DNA of 64,000 bases from a virus. The position numbers and the translations under genes are program-made. The notes beneath the pieces are model-generated. The model saw only the letters and a list, made by a program, of their open reading frames with translations, was not told the origin of the DNA and made no database searches. Of this stretch, positions 1-8,435 are shown in pieces. The stretch's first letter is position 1. Each line of letters begins with the position of its first letter. Location of the stretch: positions 1-64,000 of the IMG/VR virus record IMGVR_UViG_3300009173_000010; one strand, written 5' to 3'.

Positions 1-1
1 C

Positions 2-478
2 TCTGCTGTTGAATCAATAATGGAGCGATTGCGTGAAGGACAAACAGTTCTTGGAGAAGCAGATCACCCAGAAGAACTGACAGTTAACTTGGACAGGGTT
101 AGTCACATCATTCAAGAAATGTGGATGGATGGACCTAATGGATATGGTAAACTTAAAATAGTTCCAACTCCAATGGGTAACATTGTAGCAACATTGCTTG
201 AAAGTGGTGCAAAATTAGGCGTATCCTCTAGAGGCAGCGGTAACGTAAACGAAGGCGGAGAAGTATCCGAATTTGAAATTGTTACTGTTGATATAGTAGC
301 TCAACCAAGTGCCCCGAAAGCATATCCAAAGACTGTTTATGAAAGTCTTCAGAATTATGAAAAGGGACAAAATTTACATAACCTAGCAGAAGCAATGGTG
401 CATGATAAAAAAGCTCAAAAATATTTACAAGATGGTATTGTAAAATTTCTTGAGGAATTAAGAAAAGGAAGTAATTAG
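2..478 (+). CDS. gp21: Prohead core protease (T4 gp21-like), 5'-truncated by window edge
   Basis: GEADHP, RVSH, GVSSRGSG and DIVAQPSAP motifs; frame is open from position 2; upstream of scaffold and MCP. Confidence 0.93.
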   Translation, partial: SAVESIMERLREGQTVLGEADHPEELTVNLDRVSHIIQEMWMDGPNGYGKLKIVPTPMGNIVATLLESGAKLGVSSRGSGNVNEGGEVSEFEIVTVDIVAQPSAPKAYPKTVYESLQNYEKGQNLHNLAEAMVHDKKAQKYLQDGIVKFLEELRKGSN

Positions 479-487
479 GAGAAACAC

Positions 488-1567
488 ATGGCCGAAGCAC
501 TCAAAGAATTACTAGAGAGCGATCTCCTAGACGAAAATACAAAAGCCAGTATTCAAGAAGCATGGGAAAGTAACATAGCAGAGGCGAAAGAAGCAATTGC
601 TTCAGAACTTCGCGAAGAGTTTGCCAATCGCTATGACAGTGACAAGGCACAACTTGTCGAGGCTATGGATAACATGCTTAATGATACTATTAAGGCCGAA
701 ATCGAAGAGTTCAATGAAGAACGCAAAGGTCTACTACAGGCCCGAGTTGATTATAAGAATGCAGTAAAAATTCATACTGAGGCTTTAAATCAATTTGTAA
801 TGGATTCACTTAAGGGTGAAATCAACGAACTCAGAGAAGATCGCAACCAACAATTTAGTAACTTTAACAAATTGGAAGGTTTTGTACTAAAGCAACTCGC
901 AGGCGAGATTGCCGAATTCAACGATGATAAGAAGTCACTCGCTGAAGCAAAAGTTAAATTAATTACGGAAGGTCGTTCAAAATTAAATGAGGCGAAAGCC
1001 AAATTTATTAAGCGTAGTGCAAAAACTGTGGAAGCAGTTATTGAAAAAGTACTACGTAGCGAAATGACGCAATTAAGAGAAGATATTAAGTCCGCACGTG
1101 AAAACAACTTCGGACGTAAGATTTTCGAATCATTTGCCGCAGAGTATATGACATCATATCTCGCAGAAGGTACAGAAATCCGAAAACTCAATTTAAATAT
1201 TGAGAAACAACAAAAATCAATCAATACGCTAACTGAAGCAAAAGAAAATGCAGAAATTGCCGGAAGGAAACTTCAGGGCAAAATCAACCGTGATAAAGTC
1301 ATGGGTGAACTGCTAGGCCCTCTAGCAAAAGCAAAGCGTGAGATTATGGAAGAATTACTTGAAAGTGTTCAGACAAAGAACCTTAAAGGTAGTTTCCAAA
1401 AATACTTACCAGCAGTTTTGAATGAAATCGCTGTTAAGGACGATACTTCAAAGAAGGCTACGCTCACCGAAAGAACTGGTGATAAAGTAGTAGCAAAATC
1501 AGAAGAAACCTCTAGAGATGGTACAGCGCAGGTTGTTCATCTTAAGAAATTAGCAGGAATCAATTAA
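488..1567 (+). CDS. gp22: Prohead core scaffold protein (gp22-like)
   Basis: Acidic coiled coil, GRKIFESF motif, between protease and MCP, SD AGGAG, ends in LKKLAGI. Confidence 0.85.
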   Translation: MAEALKELLESDLLDENTKASIQEAWESNIAEAKEAIASELREEFANRYDSDKAQLVEAMDNMLNDTIKAEIEEFNEERKGLLQARVDYKNAVKIHTEALNQFVMDSLKGEINELREDRNQQFSNFNKLEGFVLKQLAGEIAEFNDDKKSLAEAKVKLITEGRSKLNEAKAKFIKRSAKTVEAVIEKVLRSEMTQLREDIKSARENNFGRKIFESFAAEYMTSYLAEGTEIRKLNLNIEKQQKSINTLTEAKENAEIAGRKLQGKINRDKVMGELLGPLAKAKREIMEELLESVQTKNLKGSFQKYLPAVLNEIAVKDDTSKKATLTERTGDKVVAKSEETSRDGTAQVVHLKKLAGIN

Positions 1568-1577
1568 GGAGAGAACA

Positions 1578-2762
1578 ATGGCAGAAAACCTTATGGAAAA
1601 TGCAAACTGGGGTGCCACTAAAGAGGCTCTTCTAGAAGGACTAGAAGGCCAGCGTAAGCAGACAATGAATGTGATCTTAGAGAATACTAAGTCACATCTT
1701 ACAGAAGCGGCTACCGCTGGTGCTACTGCCTCAGGCAACGTAGCAACCTTGAATAAGGTCATTTTACCAGTAATTAGACGTGTAATGCCAACAGTAATCG
1801 CTAACGAGATTGTTGGTGTTCAGCCTATGACTGGTCCAGTTGGACAAATTCACACATTACGTGTACGTTACGCAGACACTTTTAATAGTGCCGGTGGCGT
1901 AGACACCGCGGCAGGCGAAGAGGCATTAAGCCCATTCAAGATTGCCGCAGGCTATTCAGGATCGGCCGCTGACGATAAGGCAGCAGGTACAGCCGCTCTT
2001 GAAGGTAACGCGGGTAACCGTTTATCAATTCAGATCGTAAAAGAAACAGTAGAAGCGAAGTCACGCAAAATGTCCGCACGTTGGACTTTTGAGGCAGCGC
2101 AGGATGCTCAAGCAATGCACGGCATTGATGTTGAAGCAGAAATTCTTGCCGCACTAGCACAAGAAATTACTACTGAAATCGATCAGGAAATTCTATCATC
2201 TTTGCGTTCACTTGCAGGCGCAGATGTAACTTACACACAGGGTAGTGTAACAGGTACACCAACATACGTAGGTGACCGTCACGCCGCTCTTGCAATTCTA
2301 ATGAACCAGCAGGCTAACCTAGTAGCGGCTCGCACAAGACGCGGCGCGGCTAACTGGGCAGTTGTTCCACCAAATGGACTAACAGTTCTACAAAGTGCAA
2401 CAACTTCGGCATTTGCTCGTACAACAGAAGGCACATTCGAAGCACCAACAAACGTCAAGTTTGTAGGTACATTGAATGGTACAATGCGTATCTATGTTGA
2501 TACATATTACACAGAAGACGGTTCGTCAGCAGACATTCTAATGGGCTATAAAGGCTCAACAGAGACAGACGCGGCGGCATTCTATTGCCCATACGTACCA
2601 CTAATGAGTAGTGGTGTCGTAATGGATCCAGCAACATTCGAGCCAGTCGTGTCATTTATGTCACGTTATGGTTACAAAGAGTTAACTAATACAGCGAACT
2701 CCTTTGGTAACGCAGGCGACTATGTATCTGGTATTGCACTAGCAGGTCTTGCATTCGTATAA
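1578..2762 (+). CDS. gp23: Major capsid protein (gp23-like)
   Basis: IRRVMP, VGVQPMTGPVGQI, AKSRKMSARWT, AAAFYCPYVPL, SRYG motifs; SD AAGGAG. Confidence 0.97.
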   Translation: MAENLMENANWGATKEALLEGLEGQRKQTMNVILENTKSHLTEAATAGATASGNVATLNKVILPVIRRVMPTVIANEIVGVQPMTGPVGQIHTLRVRYADTFNSAGGVDTAAGEEALSPFKIAAGYSGSAADDKAAGTAALEGNAGNRLSIQIVKETVEAKSRKMSARWTFEAAQDAQAMHGIDVEAEILAALAQEITTEIDQEILSSLRSLAGADVTYTQGSVTGTPTYVGDRHAALAILMNQQANLVAARTRRGAANWAVVPPNGLTVLQSATTSAFARTTEGTFEAPTNVKFVGTLNGTMRIYVDTYYTEDGSSADILMGYKGSTETDAAAFYCPYVPLMSSGVVMDPATFEPVVSFMSRYGYKELTNTANSFGNAGDYVSGIALAGLAFV

Positions 2763-2785
2763 AACATTACGCATGTTTATAGTTT

Positions 2786-2814
2786 AGAAGCCCGGGTTTA
2801 CCCGGGCTTCTTTT
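2786..2814 (+). terminator. Intrinsic terminator after MCP
   Basis: AGAAGCCCGGG-TTTA-CCCGGGCTTCT followed by T-run. Confidence 0.88.
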
Positions 2815-2839
2815 ATGAGCGTTCACCTTCCTTAATAGA

Positions 2840-2845
2840 TAAATA
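2840..2845 (+). promoter_or_regulatory. Late promoter TAAATA (T4 late-promoter-like)
   Basis: TAAATA recurs just upstream of structural genes, e.g. 2840, 5196, 8232, 18501, 23108, 24962, 27779, 30471, 31359, 31912, 40038, 42578, 47606, 57432, 61608, 63280. Confidence 0.75.
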
Positions 2846-2875
2846 TAATTAAAGCATCGCATTAAGGTGAAATAA

Positions 2876-5161
2876 ATGGCACAAAGTTCAATTAGAAATT
2901 TAAATATTGATGGAAATTTAGTTATTTCCGGTAGTACCACACAGTTAGATGTGAATACAATTGTTGTTGATGATAATAATATTACTATTAATGATATTAC
3001 AACACCAACTGATGCAACTGCTAATCAGGGTGGATTAACATTAAAAGGTACAACCGATAAAACAATTAACTGGGTTGATGCAAATGATGCATGGACATTA
3101 AGTGAGCATTTAGATATAGCAGATACTAAAGGATATCGAATTAATAATGTTTCAGTATTAACTGCAACTACACTTGGTAGTTCTGTTATTAATAGTAGTT
3201 TAACAAGCATTGGAACATTAACTGAATTAACTGTTGATAACATTAAAATTGATGGTTCTAATATTGGACTACTAACTGATTTAGATTTAATTACTCTAAC
3301 AAACAATACTGTTACAGTATTAGGTGCCGTTCATGCTACAACATTGCATGGCGATGGCAATGCAGTTACAAATTTAAATACATCATCATTTTCGGCACCA
3401 GGAAGTAATGGCGATATAATTATAAATTCATCTGGTGGATTGGGTGCAATATCTACAGTTCCTTTGGCCCAAGGTGGTACAGGTGGCACAGATGCTGATA
3501 CAGCAAAAACTAATTTAGGTTTAGGTACTGGTAGTTCACCAACCTTTGGTAGTACAAACGGCGGCCATGGCGCCGTTCACATTGAAGCACATCCAGATGG
3601 CTCAACACTTAAAACGGCTGGCCTTTTGCAACGAAGTCTTCCACCGGCTGCCGGCTCTGGCCATAGATTTTTTACTGGTATAGGCGACGCAAATGGTAGT
3701 TATTTAATTTCACATAAAGTTACAAGCGATGCTGGTGTCGATTCCGGAACTGCAAAAGTTTATTTTTGGACAACAGATATTGGAAATAAAGTATACCTTG
3801 GTGGTACTTATCCTTCCGCAACAACAACGAATGCTTATATTAATGGTTTAGCATATCCAACAGCAGATGGTTCTAATGGTCAAGTTATGACTACAAATGG
3901 CGCAGGCACATTAAGTTTTACAAGTGTTTCTGGAATAGGCGCATTGTTGGCGTCAAACAATTTAAGTGATTTAGCAAGTGCCGCAACATCAAGAACTAAC
4001 TTAGGATTAGGTACATCAGCAACACAAAATTCGGGTGTGTTTGCACAAGTTGCTAATAATTTAAGTGATGTTACAGCCGCAACAACAAGAACTAATTTAG
4101 GTATTACAGCAACAGGCGCAGATACTGCTTATGCATTTAGAGCAAATAATTTAAGTGATGTTACAGCCGCAACAGCAAGAACTAACTTAGGCGTAACAGC
4201 AACAGGTGCTGATACCGCTTATAGTTTTAGAGCAAATAATCTAAGTGATTTAGCAAATGCCGCAACAGCAAGAACTAACTTAGGCGTAACAGCAACAGGT
4301 GCTGATACTGCATATAATTTTCGAGCAAACAATTTAAGTGATTTAGCAAATGCCGCAACAGCAAGAACTAACTTAGGGTTAGGTACAATTGCTACACAAG
4401 CCGCTAATGCTGTTGACATTGACGGTGGTGCAATTGATGGCGCAACAATTGGCGCTAACTCAGCACAACCTGCAACAGTTACAACATTTACTTCAACTGG
4501 TATCGATGATAATGCTTCTTCAACTGCAATGACAATTGCTTCTAATCAAGATACAACGTTCGCGCAAGGCATTAAAGTTGGTAATATAGCAGGTGCCGCA
4601 GGCGCAGGTAACATACGTTGGTCAGGCACAGACTTCCAAGGACATGATGGTAGTAATTGGCAATCATTAACAAGTGCCGCAACTGCTTCGGTAAGTGGTA
4701 ACATTGCAACATTTACAACAACACAAGCAATAACAGGTACATCATATGCTGATGTTCCTGGGTATACAACAGCAATTACAGTAACAAATTCAAATATTAT
4801 TAATGTACAAGTTAACGTTGATTTACTCGCGCCCGCCACTTCCTTCCTGTCTTATCTTAAATTGGTAAGAGTTATAGGTGGTACACCTACAGATTTATAT
4901 GAAGATGAAAGCGGCTCGTCGTCTAATGAAAATCCCAATCATTTTAATATTTCATATGCAGATGCCCATGGCCAAGCAAACGGTACTGTTATTACATATA
5001 AACTAATGGCAAAAGTATCGGGTAATACATTAACTGTTAATCCGTATGCAAACAATGCACAAATTTTCGTTTATGAAATTACAACAAGTCCAACCGCAGT
5101 TACATCAGTATGGGGCCAGACTGGCGACGTTACTTCAGCCGACTGGGGCTCGGTAGCATAA
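2876..5161 (+). CDS. Repeat-containing tail fibre/virion appendage protein
   Basis: Gly/Thr/Ala/Asn-rich; tandem NNLSD..AATARTNLG repeats; DGSNGQVMTTNGAGTLSF fibre-type motif; late promoter. Confidence 0.7.
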   Translation: MAQSSIRNLNIDGNLVISGSTTQLDVNTIVVDDNNITINDITTPTDATANQGGLTLKGTTDKTINWVDANDAWTLSEHLDIADTKGYRINNVSVLTATTLGSSVINSSLTSIGTLTELTVDNIKIDGSNIGLLTDLDLITLTNNTVTVLGAVHATTLHGDGNAVTNLNTSSFSAPGSNGDIIINSSGGLGAISTVPLAQGGTGGTDADTAKTNLGLGTGSSPTFGSTNGGHGAVHIEAHPDGSTLKTAGLLQRSLPPAAGSGHRFFTGIGDANGSYLISHKVTSDAGVDSGTAKVYFWTTDIGNKVYLGGTYPSATTTNAYINGLAYPTADGSNGQVMTTNGAGTLSFTSVSGIGALLASNNLSDLASAATSRTNLGLGTSATQNSGVFAQVANNLSDVTAATTRTNLGITATGADTAYAFRANNLSDVTAATARTNLGVTATGADTAYSFRANNLSDLANAATARTNLGVTATGADTAYNFRANNLSDLANAATARTNLGLGTIATQAANAVDIDGGAIDGATIGANSAQPATVTTFTSTGIDDNASSTAMTIASNQDTTFAQGIKVGNIAGAAGAGNIRWSGTDFQGHDGSNWQSLTSAATASVSGNIATFTTTQAITGTSYADVPGYTTAITVTNSNIINVQVNVDLLAPATSFLSYLKLVRVIGGTPTDLYEDESGSSSNENPNHFNISYADAHGQANGTVITYKLMAKVSGNTLTVNPYANNAQIFVYEITTSPTAVTSVWGQTGDVTSADWGSVA
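3955..4382 (+). repeat. Intragenic tandem repeats encoding (A)NNLSD(L/V)..AATARTNLG
   Basis: About five near-identical ~80-90 nt units visible in both DNA and protein. Confidence 0.85.
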
Positions 5162-5305
5162 CATACTATTAAACTTCATTCTCCCTAATAATCAATAAAT
5201 ACATGCAGTTGTTAATTGTTCAAGAGGGTGTAGGCACCCAATTGTTTTAAAATATCAGAAATATTTTATAAAATATTTACGACTATATATACGGGAGAAT
5301 AATAA

Positions 5306-6739
5306 ATGCCAAATTATGCAGTACAACGTCGACGTGGTACTACTGCCCAACATAGCTCATTTACAGGCCTAGAAGGTGAATTGTCAGTTGATACAACGAA
5401 GGACATTGTTGTTGTTCATGATGGTTCAACAGCAGGCGGCCGAGCAATGCTACGTGAAGACGTAGACAATCTAGCAAATGACGCTATCTCAGGTGATAAA
5501 GTTCATGGTGGTACTATTAGTGGTAGCGTAATCTTAGATGATGGCGCTAACGCAACAACACAATCAGCAGGTAATGCTACAACTTTACTTGCTACAACAG
5601 CATTTGTAACAACAGCAGTTGCAGGTGAAAACACACTAGCGGAGATGGGCGATGTTGCTCTTTCAACTCCAGCAGATGCCGCATTACTATTATACGACAC
5701 AGGCTCTTCAACTTGGAGAGATGCGGCTATGTCAGGCGATGCAACAATCAGCGACACTGGTGCAATTACAGTTTCTGGTTCTGCTACAGCAGATGCATGG
5801 TCAACAGCAAGAACATTGTCCTTTACAGGCGATGTAACTGGCTCAGGTTCAGTAGATGGCTCAGGCAACGTAGCAACCGCTTTAACAATCGCAGCAGATT
5901 CAGTTGCACTAGGTACCGATACTACTGGTAACTATGTGTTGTCAGTTGCAGACTCAGGCGGCGGCAATATTACAGTTACTAATGGTGTAGCAGAGGGTGG
6001 TGCAGTAACACTTAATACCGCACAAGATATCGCTACAGGTGATTCACCAACATTTGTTGGTTTAACACTTACTGGCGACTTAACTGTTGGTGGTACAACA
6101 ACTACAGTTAACTCAACTGTTGTTTCAATTGCAGACGCAATGATTCAGTTAGCATCAGGTAACTCATCCGCGACAGCCGCTTACATTGGTATGCAGGCAG
6201 AGCGCGGTAGCGGCTCGTTCGGAGATCCAGATGCATACTTTGTTTGGGAAGAATCATCAGATCGTTGGAGAGCAACAACTTCACCAGATGGTACAAATCA
6301 CACAGATGCAAATATGCAATGTGGTACACTAAATGGTACAGCAACAGCCGCTCTATATTCTGACTTAGCAGAACGCTATTCATCAGATGCAGTATACGAA
6401 GCCGGCACAGTTGTTAGTTTTGGTGGCGCAAACGAAGTTACACAAAGTACAGAAATGTATGATACTCGTGTAGCAGGCGTTGTTTCTACTAATCCAGCAC
6501 ATTTAATGAATGCCGAAGCAGGCACAAACGAAACTCATCCAGCAATCGCACTAAGCGGTCGCGTTCCAGTAAAAGTTATGGGTACAGTACGCAAGGGCGA
6601 CCTAATGGTAACATCAGCACAAACTGGTGTAGCAATGGCCGCAGACGAGCGTGTAACAGGAGCAATCATTGGTAAGGCTATTGAAGCACATACTGGTGAA
6701 GGTATTGGTGTTATTGAAGTTCTAATTGCAATGATGTAA
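5306..6739 (+). CDS. Tail fibre/spike-like protein with Mtd-N-like N-terminus and C-terminal chaperone/peptidase-G2-like domain
   Basis: N-terminal QRRRGTTAQHSSFTGLEGELSVDT; C-terminal SDLAERY...GVVSTNP...GRVPVKV...IIGKA. Confidence 0.7.
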   Translation: MPNYAVQRRRGTTAQHSSFTGLEGELSVDTTKDIVVVHDGSTAGGRAMLREDVDNLANDAISGDKVHGGTISGSVILDDGANATTQSAGNATTLLATTAFVTTAVAGENTLAEMGDVALSTPADAALLLYDTGSSTWRDAAMSGDATISDTGAITVSGSATADAWSTARTLSFTGDVTGSGSVDGSGNVATALTIAADSVALGTDTTGNYVLSVADSGGGNITVTNGVAEGGAVTLNTAQDIATGDSPTFVGLTLTGDLTVGGTTTTVNSTVVSIADAMIQLASGNSSATAAYIGMQAERGSGSFGDPDAYFVWEESSDRWRATTSPDGTNHTDANMQCGTLNGTATAALYSDLAERYSSDAVYEAGTVVSFGGANEVTQSTEMYDTRVAGVVSTNPAHLMNAEAGTNETHPAIALSGRVPVKVMGTVRKGDLMVTSAQTGVAMAADERVTGAIIGKAIEAHTGEGIGVIEVLIAMM

Positions 6740-6762
6740 TTTATACTTTTAACATATAGATT

Positions 6763-6790
6763 ATAAAGAGGGCTAATTAGCCCTCTTTAT
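6763..6790. terminator. Bidirectional terminator between convergent genes
   Basis: Perfect palindrome ATAAAGAGGGCTAATTAGCCCTCTTTAT with A/T flanks. Confidence 0.75.
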
Positions 6791-7460
6791 TTTTGAGTTT
6801 AATAATAGTTAAAGGTTCATTCGGATCATATTCGTACATTGTATTAAATGCTTTAATCCAAAGATCAAATTCTTTTTGTTGTTCAAGTGCTTCATGGTAT
6901 ATAACAGGAAGCATATACATATTAGTATTCTTCCATCGTATAGCATGATGTTTAATTAATTGTTTTAAATTTTCATTGTCAAATTTAATTGATTCAATTA
7001 CCTCGTCAAGCCATTTATGATTTTTAAATAAACTTAAAAACCAGATGTGTGTTTTATTGTTCTCATCATATTCAAGTTGTGTTACTTGTAAGTCATAATA
7101 TAATGCTCTTACAGGATGAATCTCTGGACGATATTTTATTAAAACTGTTGGAAATTTAAAATCTGCTTTTTTTGATTTATATGTGTCTTGTAATACAAGG
7201 TAATCATTTGCAAAATCATTTTTATTTTTATGATATTTGTCTACTTTAAAGTTAATAATCTGCCTTTTAATTTCCTGCAGAAGTTTTCGAGTTTTTTTAT
7301 CCGTAAACTCTTTTTTCCAATAATCTATAGCAAGGTACGCTGAACTGAATTTATTCTTATACTTTCCTTCTGAAAAGTATTTTGGGATAGTTCCAGTTAT
7401 GTCGAATGCCTTTATTTGCCTATGTAATTCTGCCTTTATTAGATTAATTATAGTTGCCAT
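6777..7460 (-). CDS. Hypothetical protein
   Basis: 227-aa ORF with SD AAGGAG and TAAATA upstream on the minus strand. Confidence 0.7.
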   Translation of the reverse strand: MATIINLIKAELHRQIKAFDITGTIPKYFSEGKYKNKFSSAYLAIDYWKKEFTDKKTRKLLQEIKRQIINFKVDKYHKNKNDFANDYLVLQDTYKSKKADFKFPTVLIKYRPEIHPVRALYYDLQVTQLEYDENNKTHIWFLSLFKNHKWLDEVIESIKFDNENLKQLIKHHAIRWKNTNMYMLPVIYHEALEQQKEFDLWIKAFNTMYEYDPNEPLTIIKLKNKEG

Positions 7461-7622
7461 TCATGGCTCCTTATACAATTTACAATTTACTATAAATATT
7501 TACAATTAATTGCTTGTTCGATAAAACTGGCTTTTAGTATTATAAGATCTTATAATTTAAAAAAGAATTCGTGTAAATACTACTGTTACACATTTGTAAG
7601 AATTGTAAATTGTGAGGGAAAA

Positions 7623-8204
7623 ATGGAAATCCAAAAACATCAGTTGTTCGCAACTGAAATCTATACCACTAACTTTGAAACATCAGATGATGTTAACAAA
7701 GTTATATTAGAACAGTTTGATGCAAGCAAAGAATATCATACTGTTTCACATCATAACACCATGAGGTATGAGAATACCTATGTTTCTGTACAACACGTTC
7801 CTGCTGTCCAAGCAATCTTAACATCTGCTGTAGCAGTAACAAGTGTTTTTACAAAACAACAATTTCAAATCAATGAAAATAATTGGTGGTTTAATATTAT
7901 GAAAGGTGGTGATGTTACTGATCCACATGGACATAGTCCTGGTCCTGTTTGGTCTGGCGTTTATTATGTCAAAGTACCCGCAGGGAGTGGAAAGTTATAT
8001 TTCACTTATAATCGTATGCATATTAAAGAACCAAATTTCTACAAGTATATTGGACATAATTTCCAAGATGTTGAAATTATTCCAGTCGAAGGTATGATGG
8101 TTATTTTTCCAAGTTGGTTAGATCATAGAGTTGGAATGCAACAAAATAATGAAGATCGCATTTCAATATCGTTTAATATGAGATACCCACATGGAATATT
8201 ATAA
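7623..8204 (+). CDS. 2OG-Fe(II) oxygenase (TIGR02466-like)
   Basis: WFN..HxH, WSGVYY, IFPSWLDHRV, RISISFN motifs. Confidence 0.88.
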   Translation: MEIQKHQLFATEIYTTNFETSDDVNKVILEQFDASKEYHTVSHHNTMRYENTYVSVQHVPAVQAILTSAVAVTSVFTKQQFQINENNWWFNIMKGGDVTDPHGHSPGPVWSGVYYVKVPAGSGKLYFTYNRMHIKEPNFYKYIGHNFQDVEIIPVEGMMVIFPSWLDHRVGMQQNNEDRISISFNMRYPHGIL

Positions 8205-8243
8205 TATCATACAATGCAAGTAATACTTCGATAAATACTTGTA

Positions 8244-8420
8244 ACAAGTGCTCTAATTAGTACTTGTGTCTCGTTCCGTAACAGGAACTCCATGCGTTTA
8301 TCTGCCCCCGCCTGAGACCGGGGAGGTTTAGAGAGGCATCTCTTAACTAAGCCTAGGATAAGTCAACATATGCAGTTGGCCTAGTCTAGAGTGATAAACA
8401 AGCCTATTTATAGACTTAAT
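8244..8420 (+). ncRNA. Candidate structured 5' leader RNA
   Basis: Several nested stems and a possible pseudoknot between late promoter 8232 and SD 8421 (see findings). Confidence 0.5.
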
Positions 8421-8435
8421 GGAGGTAATCATAAA

